From an uncultured SAR116 cluster alpha proteobacterium (GTDB lineage: Bacteria > Pseudomonadota > Alphaproteobacteria > Puniceispirillales > Puniceispirillaceae): a stretch of 64,000 nucleotides of DNA. The stretch spans positions 35,262 to 99,261 of the forward strand of contig CABYIQ010000004.1 in the NCBI GenBank assembly GCA_902518965.1. Reading direction: 5' to 3'. The notes below the pieces were generated by a model. It saw nothing but the letters and a program-made list of their open reading frames with translations, was not told the origin of the DNA and ran no database searches. Below are positions 38,714 through 50,495 of this stretch, one piece after another (the stretch's first letter is position 1; each line of letters starts with the position of its first letter). The translations under genes and the position numbers were made by a program.

Positions 38714-41149
38714 TCAGACCCGCAGACGTTCATTTGCAGGGTCAAACGGGCTTTCTTCAATAATTTCAGCTGCAAATCGATCGCCCAGAATATCAATTTC
38801 AAGCGACGTGCCGATATCTGTGCAGTCAGGTGCTACCATGGCAAGCGCAAGTGATTTTCCGATCCTGAACCCATAGCCACCAGATGTTGCCCGGCCAATC
38901 AACTTACCCTCTTTGTAAATTGGATTTCCCCCGATAACATCTCTGTCTGTTGTGTCTTTAACTGCAAGTGTAACAAAGCTGTTTGCAAACCCTTTTTCCT
39001 GCCAGGCCAACAGACCTGAACGGCCGATAAAGTCAGGCTTTTGCAACTGCACAAACCGATCTAGTCCGGATTCAAGCGCTGCATATTCAATGCTCATTTC
39101 TGTGCCAACCATACGATATGATTTTTCCAACCGCATCGCATCCATAGCACGGATCCCAAAAGGTCTCAGGCCAAACTCTACCCCAGCTGAAATCAGCGCA
39201 TCAAAAATATGGTTCTGATATTCAATCGGGTGGTGCAGTTCCCAGCCCAGTTCACCTACAAAATTGACGCGGGCAGCCACAGATGGCGCCAAGTTCACAT
39301 CAATCTGTTTGGCAGACAGCCAGGGAAACGAAGCAGAGGATAAATCCGTCCGGGTCAGTTTCTGCAATACATCACGCGCCTTTGGCCCGGCCAGAACCAA
39401 CACTCCTACCGCATTGGTCACATCTGTAAATGTGACTGACCGGTCATCAGGCATATGTTTCTTCAGCCAGTCATGATCAAGCCGCTGGGTTGCCCCTGCA
39501 GACACCAGATAAAAACTGTCTTCTAATTCACGCATAATGGTAAATTCTGAATGTACGCCGCCACGCGGGGCCAGCGCATGGGCAAGAACCACACGCCCTA
39601 ATTTTTTCGGCAGTTTATTAGCGATAAGCTGGTCGAGAAACTCTTCAGCACCCGGACCGCTAATCCGGCATTTCGCAAAGGCTGACATGTCCAACAGGCC
39701 ACAATTTTCATTGACGTTCTTGACTTCCGCACCAACATGTTGAAACCAGTCTGACCGACGGAATGACCAGTGATCTTTTGCTTTCACGCCTTCCGGAGCA
39801 AACCAGTTTGCCCTCTCCCAACCAAATTTCTGACCAAACACCGCGCCCATAGCCTTCAGACGGTCATAACAGGGGGCAGTACGTAATGGACGGGCCGCCT
39901 CACGTTCCTCATCAGGATAATGAACGGTGAAGACATTGGCATAGGCCTCTTCATTCTTTTCTTTCAAAAAGCTCTTCGTGGCGTATGATCCATAGCGGCG
40001 AGGATCAACCCCCATCATATCAATTGTCGGCTCGCCATCCACTATCCATTCAGCAAGCTGCCAGCCCGCACCACCAGCAGCTGTAATGCCAAAACTATGC
40101 CCCTCATTCAGCCAGAAATTTGGTAAATCCCAAGCAGGCCCGATAATCGGACTGCCGTCTGGTGTATAGGCAATCGCGCCATTATAAACCTTCTTTACCC
40201 CAACCTCAGCAAATGCCGGCACACGGGCAATCGCTGATTCAATATGCGGCATCAGCCGTTCCAGATCTTCCTGAAATAATTCATATTCTGAATCGTCATC
40301 CGGCCCGTCAAAATAACAGACAGGAGCACCCACCTCATAAGGTCCAAGTATGAGACCGCCATTTTCCTCACGCATATACCAGGACCCATCAGATTCGCGC
40401 AGAACACCCATCTCAGGCAAGCCTTTGGCCTGGCGGTCCTGAATAGCAGGATGTGGTTCAGTCACAATATATTGATGTTCAACAGGGATCACTGGAATAT
40501 CCAGACCAACCATCTCACCTGTGTGCCGGGCAAAATTTCCTGTGGCAGACACCACATGTTCACATATAATCTCACCCTTATCAGTGGTGACATTCCATTC
40601 ACCAGATGGGGTGCGCGTGATCGCCGTCACATTTGTGTTGCGATAAATCTGACCCCCAATATCACGTGCGCCTTTGGCCAGCGCCTGGGTTAGGTCAGCA
40701 GGCTGAATATATCCATCCATGGGGTGGCGAATTGCCCCGATTAGATTATCTTTTACCGCTAGTGGCCATATATCAACAACCTCATCAGGTGTCAGAATAT
40801 CAACCTGCACGCCAATGGTTTGAGCCACGCCAGCATATTGTTTATATTCATCCATCCTGTCTTGTGTTGTGGCCAGACGGATGTTCGAGACACGTGACAA
40901 GCCAGCATATTGCCCTGTTTCTTCTTCAAGGCGACCATAGAGATCGACTGAATATTTATGAATCTGACCAACTGAATAAGACATGTTGAACAAAGGCAGC
41001 AGACCTGCAGCATGCCATGTTGACCCGCTTGTCAGCTCTTTGCGTTCAATCAGCACGCAGTCTGTCCAGCCTTTTTTGACCAGATGATACAAGGTGCTGA
41101 CACCCACAACGCCGCCACCGATAACAACAACCCTTGCATTATTTTTCAT
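38714..41149 (-). CDS. GcvT-family FAD-dependent oxidoreductase (dimethylglycine/sarcosine dehydrogenase-like)
   Basis: VVIGGGVVG, LTSGSTWHAAG, YTPDG, GWERANWF, VGELGWELH, MRLEKSYR. Confidence 0.88.
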   Translation of the reverse strand: MKNNARVVVIGGGVVGVSTLYHLVKKGWTDCVLIERKELTSGSTWHAAGLLPLFNMSYSVGQIHKYSVDLYGRLEEETGQYAGLSRVSNIRLATTQDRMDEYKQYAGVAQTIGVQVDILTPDEVVDIWPLAVKDNLIGAIRHPMDGYIQPADLTQALAKGARDIGGQIYRNTNVTAITRTPSGEWNVTTDKGEIICEHVVSATGNFARHTGEMVGLDIPVIPVEHQYIVTEPHPAIQDRQAKGLPEMGVLRESDGSWYMREENGGLILGPYEVGAPVCYFDGPDDDSEYELFQEDLERLMPHIESAIARVPAFAEVGVKKVYNGAIAYTPDGSPIIGPAWDLPNFWLNEGHSFGITAAGGAGWQLAEWIVDGEPTIDMMGVDPRRYGSYATKSFLKEKNEEAYANVFTVHYPDEEREAARPLRTAPCYDRLKAMGAVFGQKFGWERANWFAPEGVKAKDHWSFRRSDWFQHVGAEVKNVNENCGLLDMSAFAKCRISGPGAEEFLDQLIANKLPKKLGRVVLAHALAPRGGVHSEFTIMRELEDSFYLVSAGATQRLDHDWLKKHMPDDRSVTFTDVTNAVGVLVLAGPKARDVLQKLTRTDLSSASFPWLSAKQIDVNLAPSVAARVNFVGELGWELHHPIEYQNHIFDALISAGVEFGLRPFGIRAMDAMRLEKSYRMVGTEMSIEYAALESGLDRFVQLQKPDFIGRSGLLAWQEKGFANSFVTLAVKDTTDRDVIGGNPIYKEGKLIGRATSGGYGFRIGKSLALAMVAPDCTDIGTSLEIDILGDRFAAEIIEESPFDPANERLRV

Positions 41150-41333
41150 CTTTTTACCCTTTTTGGCGGACTAAGCCGCTTTTTCTGTCTTCGGTAAGTG
41201 ACAAGGATAGCAGTATAAAACATTAAAAACTGCTCACATCCGACTTTTTTTTCTCACAACAAGGCTGTGAGCGTAGTCTCTATGCTACAGAAACAGTCGC
41301 ACAACCCTCTCGGATAATGTGTTGGCAGGAAAT

Positions 41334-41936
41334 TTAAGGGTACAGCCTTTGTGATGCCCAATTACCGTCTGTATCTTTTGTGTATCTAAAACGATCATGC
41401 AGCCGGAAATCCCCGTCTGCCCAAAATTCGATTTCTATCGGCCGGATCAGAAACCCGCCCCAATGAGTAGGACGTGGCACTTCATCAGGGTAGGTTTCCT
41501 CTATTTTTCTAACAGCTTCTGCCAGTACACCACGGTTCTGCAAGGGTTTTGATTGTTGTGAGGCCCATGCTCCAATGCGGCTGCCACGCGAGCGTGTCTG
41601 GTAATAAGCATCACTCTGGGCATCAGGCACCTGCTCAACAGAACCTGTCACGCGGATTTGCCGACGCAGCGATTTCCAGTGAATTACGAAAGCTGCTTTG
41701 CTTGTCGCCATTAGTTCTCCAGATTTGCGGCTAGTGTAATTGGTATAAAACACAAACCCCTCTGGTAGGATTTCTTTGAGCAGAACCATCCGTACAGATG
41801 GCATGCCATGTGCATCAACACTGGCCAGCGCAATTGCATCCGGGTCATTAATTTCACTTTGCTGTGCCTCTGCAAACCATTGATTAAATAGTAGAAAGGG
41901 ATCTGTATTTAGTTCATCAGCGCCAAGAACTGTCAT
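41334..41936 (-). CDS. pdxH: Pyridoxamine 5'-phosphate oxidase
   Basis: PSVRMVLLK, FYTNYTSRK, SRIGAWASQQS, EFW...RLHDR, RLYP. Confidence 0.95.
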   Translation of the reverse strand: MTVLGADELNTDPFLLFNQWFAEAQQSEINDPDAIALASVDAHGMPSVRMVLLKEILPEGFVFYTNYTSRKSGELMATSKAAFVIHWKSLRRQIRVTGSVEQVPDAQSDAYYQTRSRGSRIGAWASQQSKPLQNRGVLAEAVRKIEETYPDEVPRPTHWGGFLIRPIEIEFWADGDFRLHDRFRYTKDTDGNWASQRLYP

Positions 41937-42110
41937 TATGTGTCTTCCATTGTTGTAAAGGCAGGTTAGGGCGGACAAACCCTCAGTCTCAACCTAGCCA
42001 TAAAATTGCCAAAATCAATCTCTACGAATTATATAACGTTGAAAATTTGCGAGTAATTTTTTTAAGTTTTGAGCGTCAGTGATGTAATGATTTACATGGT
42101 CAGAAAGGAC

Positions 42111-42674
42111 ATGTTTGAGATGAAAAACCAGCTTACCGCCGCAGCCCTAAAAAGTTTTGCAGCACTTTGCTTGCTAAACGGTCCTGTTCTTGCTGAAACA
42201 CGCTATGAATATGTTATTGGCACCGTCACAGATGTTGAAACCCTGACTAACAGTTTCACCCGGAAGACGCCACGTGATGAGCGTATCTGCCAGATAGAAG
42301 AAGTTCCAGTCTATGGCGAGGGTCAGGGCAGCTCAGAGCTAGGTTCCATGATCATAGGCGGACTGATTGGCTCTGCTGTGGGCAATAAATTATCTGACAA
42401 CAATGGTGCGGGCAGTGCAGGGGCTGTTGCGGGTGCCTTGCTGGGACGTGAACGAGCAAAACAAACCGCTAAAGCCGGGGATATTGTCGGCTACCGCCAG
42501 CAGGAAGTCTGTCAGACAAACCGCATCGTTCAGGAAGAAGTAATCGAAAAAATCGTCGGCTATCGCATTAAAGTCGAAGCAGATGGTCGAATTCTGTCTC
42601 TGAATGCCAGCAGGCCCTTAACTGTGGGTGACCGAGTTGAGGTGAATAAAAAGATTAGCTACGCGCTGAACTGA
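42111..42674 (+). CDS. Glycine-zipper 2TM exported protein (YcfJ-like)
   Basis: Signal peptide; GSMIIGGLIGSAVG...GAGAVAGALLG zipper flanked by two Cys; AGGA RBS before ATG 42111. Confidence 0.8.
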   Translation: MFEMKNQLTAAALKSFAALCLLNGPVLAETRYEYVIGTVTDVETLTNSFTRKTPRDERICQIEEVPVYGEGQGSSELGSMIIGGLIGSAVGNKLSDNNGAGSAGAVAGALLGRERAKQTAKAGDIVGYRQQEVCQTNRIVQEEVIEKIVGYRIKVEADGRILSLNASRPLTVGDRVEVNKKISYALN

Positions 42675-42893
42675 CCAGGATATTTTATTGCCGAACAGCA
42701 TCCGTAGGACCTGCAGGGGGAAGCCCTCTGCGGCACAGCTGAGGCTGATGCTACTGGATTTTCAGCCGGTTTTTTGCTAAAAAACAGAACGTGTGTCATA
42801 TAAGTCTAGCTGATTAGCAAGACTATTGTGTATGGCACTATTTTTTGTGATGTTTCACGCTACTTCAGGGTACTACAAAACCAGAGGACAGAT

Positions 42894-43748
42894 ATGACCG
42901 TTTCTTCCACTCCACCGTTAGGATCATCGCACTCAGATACAGCGAAGACAGGGCTAATGCAGGGTAAAAAGGGTCTAGTTATGGGTGTTGCTAATGACCG
43001 CTCCATCGGATGGGGGATTGCCGCTGCCGCTGCTGACCAAGGTGCAGAGCTGGCCTTTACCTATCAGGGTGATGCTTTGAAAAAACGCGTTAACCCCCTT
43101 GCGGAATCGGTTGGCAGCGACATAGTGCTACCCTGTGATGTAACAGATGAAGTATCTGTTGAACTGGTATTCAACACCCTCAAAGAAAAATGGGGCAAGC
43201 TCGATTTTCTTGTGCATGCGATTGCCTATTCTGACAAAGAAGAGCTTAAAGGCGGCTATGTTGACACCACCCGGGAAAACTTTCAAAAAACCATGGAAAT
43301 TTCGGTCTATTCGTTTACTGCGCTTGCCAGACGGGCAGCTGAGATGATGCCAGATGGCGGATCGCTATTAACTATGACCTATTATGGAGCTGAACGTGTG
43401 ATGCCGCATTATAACGTGATGGGTGTGGCAAAAGCTGCGTTGGAAGCTTCTGTGAGGTATCTGGCGGTTGACTTAGGCGGACAGAATATCCGCGTGAACG
43501 GGCTATCTGCAGGGCCTATGAAAACATTGGCAGCATCCGGCATCGGCGATTTCAGGTATATCCTCAAATGGAATGAATATAATTCACCTCTTAAGCGGAA
43601 TGTAACGCTAGAAGATATTGGTGGGGCAGGTCTATATCTGCTGTCTGATTTATCGTCAGGTGTTTCAGGCGAGACACACCATGTAGATTGCGGCTACCAT
43701 GTTGTCGGCATGAAGGCTGTTGACGCACCGGATATCTCGGTCGTCTGA
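42894..43748 (+). CDS. fabI: Enoyl-ACP reductase FabI
   Basis: [34 protein letters not shown]. Confidence 0.96.
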   Translation: MTVSSTPPLGSSHSDTAKTGLMQGKKGLVMGVANDRSIGWGIAAAAADQGAELAFTYQGDALKKRVNPLAESVGSDIVLPCDVTDEVSVELVFNTLKEKWGKLDFLVHAIAYSDKEELKGGYVDTTRENFQKTMEISVYSFTALARRAAEMMPDGGSLLTMTYYGAERVMPHYNVMGVAKAALEASVRYLAVDLGGQNIRVNGLSAGPMKTLAASGIGDFRYILKWNEYNSPLKRNVTLEDIGGAGLYLLSDLSSGVSGETHHVDCGYHVVGMKAVDAPDISVV

Positions 43749-43752
43749 TCCG

Positions 43753-44856
43753 ATGGGCGACAACAGTTTTGGCACATTATTTTCCTTCACCAGTTTTGGC
43801 GAGAGCCACGGCCCAGCAATTGGCTGTGTGGTTGATGGTGTGCCCCCGCGACTAAACCTGAGCGAAGCAGATATTCAGCCTTATCTGGACAGGCGCAAAC
43901 CAGGTCAAAGCCGGTTTGTCACCCAACGCCAGGAAACAGATCAGGTCAAGATTTTGTCAGGCACGTTTGAGGGCAAGACGACAGGCACACCCGTTATGTT
44001 GCTGATCGAAAATACAGATCAACGCTCAAAGGATTATGGTGCAATTTCTGAAAGTTATCGGCCTGGACATGCAGATTACACATATGATCAAAAATATGGT
44101 CACCGTGATTACCGTGGCGGCGGTAGGTCTTCAGCTAGGGAAACGGCGGTCAGGGTTGCTGCTGGAGGAATTGCTGATCTAGTATTGAGGCAAATTTTAG
44201 GGGATAAGTTCAGCATCCAGGGTTCTGTTGTGCAAATTGGACCGCATGAGATTGACCGTGATAATTTCAATGCTGAACAGATAGATAAAAACCCGTTTTT
44301 CTCTGCTGATGCGGATGCTGTGCAAAAATGGAAAACTTATCTTGATGATGTGCGCAAGGCCGGTTCTTCTGCAGGAGCTGTGCTGGAAATTGTTGCTCAA
44401 GGGATTCCCTCAGGTCTGGGCCAGCCCCTCTATGGCAAGTTGGATGCTGAACTGGCCGCAGCAATGATGTCAATTAACGCTGCTAAAGGAGTTGAGATTG
44501 GCGGTGGTTTTGCTTTGTCCGCAATTGATGGCGCGGCTGCAGGAGATGAGATGCGCCTTGATGACACTGGACGCCCAGTTTTTCTGTCTAATTATAATGG
44601 TGGCGTCTTGGGCGGCATTTCATCTGGTCAGGACATTGTCTTACGTGTAGCTATCAAACCAACTTCGTCTATCTTAACACCACGCCGTTCACTTAACCGT
44701 GCTGGTGAAGAAGTGGATGTGGTAACCAAAGGCAGGCATGACCCATGTGTGGGCATTCGCGGTGTACCTGTCGCTGAAGCCATGATGGCTGTTGTGTTGC
44801 TGGACCAGGTCATGCGTCATCAAGCCCAGACTTCCATTCTTCCTGAACAGGTCTAA
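43753..44856 (+). CDS. aroC: Chorismate synthase
   Basis: [40 protein letters not shown]. Confidence 0.96.
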   Translation: MGDNSFGTLFSFTSFGESHGPAIGCVVDGVPPRLNLSEADIQPYLDRRKPGQSRFVTQRQETDQVKILSGTFEGKTTGTPVMLLIENTDQRSKDYGAISESYRPGHADYTYDQKYGHRDYRGGGRSSARETAVRVAAGGIADLVLRQILGDKFSIQGSVVQIGPHEIDRDNFNAEQIDKNPFFSADADAVQKWKTYLDDVRKAGSSAGAVLEIVAQGIPSGLGQPLYGKLDAELAAAMMSINAAKGVEIGGGFALSAIDGAAAGDEMRLDDTGRPVFLSNYNGGVLGGISSGQDIVLRVAIKPTSSILTPRRSLNRAGEEVDVVTKGRHDPCVGIRGVPVAEAMMAVVLLDQVMRHQAQTSILPEQV

Positions 44857-45596
44857 TCTCCAGGCTTTTGAGCCGCAATAAAATATTCGTTATTTCCATC
44901 AGAGCCGGTAATTGGCGAATCAATCACAGAGCTGACCTGCCAGCCCATTTGACCTTGAAGAAATGAGCGGACCAATTTGATTGCTCGAACTCGGTCTTCT
45001 TTTGTCTTTACTACTCCACCTTTGCCAATTGCTGCCCGCCCAACCTCAAACTGCGGCTTGATCAAGCTGACCAGCCATCCGCCTGGCCTCACAAGCGATA
45101 GTGCCGGGCCGAGAGCCTTGGTAACGGAAATGAAAGAGACATCACACGTAACAAAATCAAGCGGCTGTGTGATCATTTTGTCATTGAGGTGCTTTGCATT
45201 TGTGTTTTCCAGATTCCCTACCCGCTTATCTGCTGCCAGATGCGCAGCAAGTTGGCCATGTCCCACATCAACCGCATAGACAAAGGTCGCCCCATATGAC
45301 AGCAAAACATCTGTAAATCCGCCTGTACTGGCCCCAAGATCGAGGCAAATTCTCTCAGACAAATTAGGCAAGCTGAATTTTTCTAGCGCGTATTCCAACT
45401 TTAATCCACCGCGGCTGGCCCAACGCAGGGCAGCTTTATCTACATGAAAGTCAGAATCAGGACGCGCCAATTGGCCTGGTTTCTGAACCGTCTTGCCATC
45501 ACAGGTTACCGCCCGGCCCTGAATCAGTTCCCGAGCCTTCTGACGACTTGGCACAATGCCTCGTTCCACCAGAACTAGATCAACCCGTCTGCGCAT
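44853..45596 (-). CDS. tlyA: TlyA family RNA 2'-O-methyltransferase
   Basis: N-terminal S4 domain, [35 protein letters not shown]. Confidence 0.93.
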   Translation of the reverse strand: MRRRVDLVLVERGIVPSRQKARELIQGRAVTCDGKTVQKPGQLARPDSDFHVDKAALRWASRGGLKLEYALEKFSLPNLSERICLDLGASTGGFTDVLLSYGATFVYAVDVGHGQLAAHLAADKRVGNLENTNAKHLNDKMITQPLDFVTCDVSFISVTKALGPALSLVRPGGWLVSLIKPQFEVGRAAIGKGGVVKTKEDRVRAIKLVRSFLQGQMGWQVSSVIDSPITGSDGNNEYFIAAQKPGD

Positions 45597-45599
45597 CGT

Positions 45600-47552
45600 C
45601 TATTTATTTTTCAAATTTTTGGAATGTTTTGCTTGGCCCAAATCTTTCTTAACAAAGACAAGCTGACTAGCAACTGCAAACAGACTATCCACATCGAGTC
45701 CTGCTGAGGTCAGCTGGCTGCTCCGTTCTGCATGGTCGATATATTCATCCGGCAGGCTAATGGCGCGCACCTTTAGCCCGTCATCTAGCAAAGCCTCACC
45801 AGCCATAAATTGCAAGATATGTGCTGAAAAACCGCCAGGGCTACTTTCCTCGACGAGCAGCAACGCCTTGTGAGAGATGGCGAAATTTCGAACCAGTTCG
45901 CGGTCAAAAGGCTTTGCAAACCGGGCATCTGCCAAACTTACGCTTACGCCTATATCTTCTAGCTTGTCCGCAACTTCTAAGCAAGTATCCAGCATGGTCC
46001 CAAGGCTGAGAATGGCGATGTCACTTCCTCGTTTTAGCAACCGGGCTTTTCCGATCTCAAGCGCTTGTGGTGCTTTTGGTATCTCCGCTCCTATTCCCGT
46101 TCCGCGAGGGTAACGTAGCGCAGACGGGCCATCATCATAGGCAGCCGCCGTTGCTGTCATATGGACAAGCTCAGCTTCATCAGATGGACACATGATCATC
46201 ATATTGGGCAGGCAAGACAGATACGCTAAATCAAACACACCAGCATGTGTGGCCCCATCTGCTCCTACTAAACCTGCCCGGTCAATAGCGAAGCGCACCG
46301 GCAAATTTTGTATCGCCACATCATGAACTAGCTGGTCATAGCCGCGCTGGAGAAAAGTTGAATAAATCGCTGCGAACGGCTTCAGTCCTTCTGAGGCCAG
46401 CCCCGCCGCAAAGGTTACAGCGTGCTGTTCAGCAATGCCAACATCAAAAACACGTGATGGTGATGTTTTCATCATGGTATTCAGGCCAGTTCCAGATGGC
46501 ATGGCCGCGGTAATAGCAACGATTTTGTCATCTCGCCGAGCCAAATTTGATAATGTATCTGCGAAAACTTGCGTATATGTCGGGCTATTGGCAGATGATT
46601 TGGACTGTTGGCCTGTTACGACATCAAACTTGGGAACAGCATGATATTTTTCGGATGACGGCCCAGAAAAAGGATGCCCTTTGCCTTTTTCAGTTACCAC
46701 ATGAACCAAAACGGGGCCATTTATCTGGCCCCTTTTCAAGTTGCGTAGAACAGGAAGAAGATGGTTAAAATCATGGCCGTCTATCGGACCAATATGACAA
46801 AAACCCAGCTCACTGAACAGGCTGTGCCCGCCAACAATATCTCTTGCCAAGTCCTTGGCGCGCTTAGCAGTCTTTTCAATTTCGGCAGGGAATCGGCTGG
46901 CTACTTCCCTCACAAGATCGCGGATAGACTGATAGGGACGCGAAGAAATCAACTCTGACAAATAAGCTGACATTGCACCTACGGGAGGCGAAATCGACAT
47001 ATCATTATCATTCAGAATCACAATCAGGTTAGAATTCATCGCTCCTGCATTGTTCAGGGCTTCGAATGCCATACCGGCGCTCATTGCACCATCACCAATA
47101 ACGGCAATAACGTTATTTGTTGTACCTTGCAAATCACGGGCTACAGCCATGCCCAGACCAGCTGAAATAGAGGTTGAGGAATGGCCAGCCCCAAACGGGT
47201 CATAGATTGATTCTGAACGTTTGGTAAAGCCTGATAGCCCGCCTTTCTGCCGCAAGGCTGACATTTGCTTGCGCCGTCCAGTCAAAATCTTGTGTGGATA
47301 GGCCTGATGGCCAACATCCCATATAAGCTTGTCATCGGGCGTATCAAAAATGTAATGAAGGGCGATGGTCAATTCGATAACACCCAGCCCAGCCCCCAGA
47401 TGACCGCCTGTTTTAGCAACAGCCTTTATCATGTCATAACGCAGCTCATTAGCCAGAGTAGGCAGTTTGCTTGCAGGCAGTTGACGCAATTGATCTGGTG
47501 TATTTATCTCGTCCAATAATGGTGTCTCACGGTTGGTCACATTCTTTTCCAT
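45600..47552 (-). CDS. dxs: 1-deoxy-D-xylulose-5-phosphate synthase
   Basis: [43 protein letters not shown]. Confidence 0.96.
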   Translation of the reverse strand: MEKNVTNRETPLLDEINTPDQLRQLPASKLPTLANELRYDMIKAVAKTGGHLGAGLGVIELTIALHYIFDTPDDKLIWDVGHQAYPHKILTGRRKQMSALRQKGGLSGFTKRSESIYDPFGAGHSSTSISAGLGMAVARDLQGTTNNVIAVIGDGAMSAGMAFEALNNAGAMNSNLIVILNDNDMSISPPVGAMSAYLSELISSRPYQSIRDLVREVASRFPAEIEKTAKRAKDLARDIVGGHSLFSELGFCHIGPIDGHDFNHLLPVLRNLKRGQINGPVLVHVVTEKGKGHPFSGPSSEKYHAVPKFDVVTGQQSKSSANSPTYTQVFADTLSNLARRDDKIVAITAAMPSGTGLNTMMKTSPSRVFDVGIAEQHAVTFAAGLASEGLKPFAAIYSTFLQRGYDQLVHDVAIQNLPVRFAIDRAGLVGADGATHAGVFDLAYLSCLPNMMIMCPSDEAELVHMTATAAAYDDGPSALRYPRGTGIGAEIPKAPQALEIGKARLLKRGSDIAILSLGTMLDTCLEVADKLEDIGVSVSLADARFAKPFDRELVRNFAISHKALLLVEESSPGGFSAHILQFMAGEALLDDGLKVRAISLPDEYIDHAERSSQLTSAGLDVDSLFAVASQLVFVKKDLGQAKHSKNLKNK

Positions 47553-47664
47553 TCCACGCAACTCAATTTTGCTTCAGCAGACTAACCTCGTCTGGTTATA
47601 CTGATCTTATACACCGAAGCGGACTTTTCTTCATTTTATATCAATAAAATATCATACGCAAAAA

Positions 47665-48576
47665 TTAGTGGTCCCGATCTATTGTAAAGAGTGCAAGTGC
47701 AATCATTTCATGAGCCGCATCACCAAAGGGACGCAGAAAGTCACATGCTTCAGAAACTAAGTCCGCCGCCATTTTTCGCGCTTCAGCTAAACCCAATAAA
47801 GTAACAGGACTAGCCTTTCCCTGCTCTGCATCGCGGCCAGAAGGTTTCCCCAGAAGAGATGGATCAGATTCACAATCAAGCAGATCATCTGCGATCTGAA
47901 AGGCAAAACCCAATGCATCTGCATAACGGCCTGCTGCCTGTTCCAATGCAAATGCTCCGCCTCCAGCAACCACTCCCATCACGGCCGCAGCATGAATTAA
48001 TGCGCCTGTTTTCATGTCTTGCATCTGCCTTACATCAGCCATAGTAAAGCGCTGTTCTTTAGCTAACAGGTCAAGTATTTGCCCTCCTGCCATGCCTTGA
48101 AAACCCGAAGCGTGAGACAGCAAATGAATAAGTTTTAATTGGGTAGATGTGCATTCGGACAAGTCAGGTGCAGACAAAATTGCAAAAGCTTCTGTTTGAA
48201 GTGCATCTCCCGCCAAAATCGCCGTAGCCTCACCAAATGTAATATGGTTGGCTGCTGCGCCTCGGCGCAGTTCTGCATCATCCATTGCCGGCAAATCATC
48301 ATGAATTAATGAATAGGAGTGCATCAACTCAATAGACGCAGCAACTGCCACTGGGCTTGAGCAGGCCTCAGTTTGGCTACTGATCTGTTCTGCCATCCTA
48401 GCTGCTGACAAAACAAGGCTGCCCCGCAGGCGTTTACCACCATTTAGCGCAGAGTAGCGCATTGCCTCAAGCAATTGCGGGGCGGTAGCCGTAGCTTCAC
48501 ATTTATCAAAATAGGTGGACAACCAGCTATCAATGCAGGCTGCGTCACGAGACAGAATCGCCTGTACATCTGTCAT
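47665..48576 (-). CDS. ispA: Farnesyl diphosphate synthase
   Basis: GGKRLR, LIHDDLPAMDD..RRG, KTGALI, FQIADD. Confidence 0.93.
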   Translation of the reverse strand: MTDVQAILSRDAACIDSWLSTYFDKCEATATAPQLLEAMRYSALNGGKRLRGSLVLSAARMAEQISSQTEACSSPVAVAASIELMHSYSLIHDDLPAMDDAELRRGAAANHITFGEATAILAGDALQTEAFAILSAPDLSECTSTQLKLIHLLSHASGFQGMAGGQILDLLAKEQRFTMADVRQMQDMKTGALIHAAAVMGVVAGGGAFALEQAAGRYADALGFAFQIADDLLDCESDPSLLGKPSGRDAEQGKASPVTLLGLAEARKMAADLVSEACDFLRPFGDAAHEMIALALFTIDRDH

Positions 48577-48839
48577 TGAGACTTAGATTCAAATGGTTGG
48601 ACTGTTGCAGCACCACCGTTTGCAGGCAGTTTTATTTTCTCAACCTTCAACCTCGCTTCCTCAAGTCTAGCCTGGCAATGTTGTTTGAGCAACATGCCCC
48701 GTGCATAAGCGTCAACAGCCTTATCCAAATCTACGGTGCCGCTTTCAAGCTTTTCAACAATTGCTTCAAGTTGGCTTAATGCCTCCTCAAAAGTGAGCGC
48801 ATCGTCAGGCTTATCCAAGCTAGTCTCAAAATCAGTCAT
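48573..48839 (-). CDS. xseB: Exodeoxyribonuclease VII small subunit
   Basis: FEEALSQLEAIVEKLE...YARG...L..A; xseB-ispA-dxs synteny. Confidence 0.93.
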   Translation of the reverse strand: MTDFETSLDKPDDALTFEEALSQLEAIVEKLESGTVDLDKAVDAYARGMLLKQHCQARLEEARLKVEKIKLPANGGAATVQPFESKSQ

Positions 48840-48864
48840 AATGGTTCTCGGCTTCCCTCAAAGC

Positions 48865-49338
48865 TCAGTGCTGTTCGTTGATGGTCGCAGCCAAGGACTT
48901 AACCATCTCAGATATACGTTTACGTACCTTTGAACTTTCGATTGAATAATAGGTGCGCACAAGTTCAAGTGTTTCACGGCGCGCCATCGGATCGCGCACA
49001 TTGTCGTCATCAAAATCGATATTTTCACCGCGGCTCACTCGGCGTGGAGATGAGCGCATGGTATCGTCCGTCATATGATCAAAAAAATAACTGATTTGAA
49101 CATCAAGAATTTGACTAATATCCCATAAGCGGGACGCGCTGATTCGATTTGCCCCACGCTCATATTTCTGGACCTGTTGAAAGGTGATATTCAAAGACGC
49201 TCCGAGTTGTTCCTGTGACATCCCCAGCAATGTCCGGCGCAGACGGACACGTTTTCCAACATGCACGTCAACAGCATTATTATTTGTTACTCTGAAATTT
49301 TTGTCCAATGTAGAGTCAGCCACATCCACTTTCCACAA
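48865..49338 (-). CDS. XRE-family HTH transcriptional regulator
   Basis: VDVHVGKRVRLRR..LGMSQEQLG...TFQQVQKYERGANRISASRL; start uncertain. Confidence 0.88.
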   Translation of the reverse strand: MWKVDVADSTLDKNFRVTNNNAVDVHVGKRVRLRRTLLGMSQEQLGASLNITFQQVQKYERGANRISASRLWDISQILDVQISYFFDHMTDDTMRSSPRRVSRGENIDFDDDNVRDPMARRETLELVRTYYSIESSKVRKRISEMVKSLAATINEQH

Positions 49339-49503
49339 TTGTAACCATTCACAGACGTATTACCAAAGTTGAGTAACTTATCGATAAATTTTGCGCAACT
49401 ATTTTTCAGATTTTCCTAAAACAAACTCATCCTTAGTTATAGCATGAAGTAAAAATGAACCGCTTAAAGCTAAAAAGACTGAAAAATGGTCGAAATCAAA
49501 TTT

Positions 49504-50478
49504 TTAAATCTGTTGGGCAATTTCGTCCAGACCACGCATCAACCGCCCAATGATTCCTGGTTCAAAAGCAGAATGGCCAGCATCATCAACCATACGTAAC
49601 TGTGCCTGTCTTCCCCATGCTTGGACCAATTCGAAAGCGGTAAAGGGTGGACAGATAACATCATGGCGTCCCTGAACTACAAAAACAGGTAGATGATTGA
49701 TAGCTTTGATTTGTTTAAGTATATAATTCTCAGGCAGAAAACAATCATTTGTAAAATAATGCGCTTCTAGTAACGCTAAGCTGAGGGCGGTTTCGCCTGC
49801 ATCTCTGGATACTGCCGCTAGGGTTGCACATGAATTTTCATAGGTCGCCCAAGCCTGTGCAGCGCTGAGGGCAATGGGCTTGGAGGGGCTAGTCAGGCGG
49901 CTATAAAAAGCGGACAGCAAGTCATTGCGCTCAGAAAGCGAGACGGCAGACACAAATTTCCGCCAAGCCTCAGGGAAAAACCGACCCATGTCATATAAAA
50001 ACCATTCAATTTCAGAACGTGTACCAAGAAATACGCCGCGCAGCACAAAGCCCAGACAGGCGTGCGGATGTTGGATCGCATAGCTTAATGCAAGAGTTGA
50101 CCCCCACGATCCTCCGAATAAGATGAATTGCGGAATGTCTAGATAAGAGCGTAAGGCTTCAACATCAGAGATAAGGTCTTGTGTTGTATTCTGTTGAATA
50201 CTAGCAAAAGGTTCAGAGCGCCCACAACCGCGCTGATCCATCAAGATGACACGATACCGCTGCGGATCAAACAGCCGTCTGTGCGCAGGCGCGCAGCCCG
50301 CCCCTGGACCCCCATGTAAGAACAGCACTGGAATTCCCTCAGGGTTACCAATTTCCTCAAAATAGATGTGATGTATCCCCCTTTCCAGAAACCCGTTATT
50401 GAAAGGATTTATTGGCGCATACAGCCCTAATTCAGAATCATAAGCGTGCATAGATCCAGCCATTTTTGGTTCAGTCAC
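49504..50478 (-). CDS. pip: Proline iminopeptidase
   Basis: LHGGPG, DQRGCGRS, GGSWG nucleophile, GRHD, AGH. Confidence 0.92.
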   Translation of the reverse strand: MTEPKMAGSMHAYDSELGLYAPINPFNNGFLERGIHHIYFEEIGNPEGIPVLFLHGGPGAGCAPAHRRLFDPQRYRVILMDQRGCGRSEPFASIQQNTTQDLISDVEALRSYLDIPQFILFGGSWGSTLALSYAIQHPHACLGFVLRGVFLGTRSEIEWFLYDMGRFFPEAWRKFVSAVSLSERNDLLSAFYSRLTSPSKPIALSAAQAWATYENSCATLAAVSRDAGETALSLALLEAHYFTNDCFLPENYILKQIKAINHLPVFVVQGRHDVICPPFTAFELVQAWGRQAQLRMVDDAGHSAFEPGIIGRLMRGLDEIAQQI

Positions 50479-50495
50479 ATCTACAAAACTGTTGT

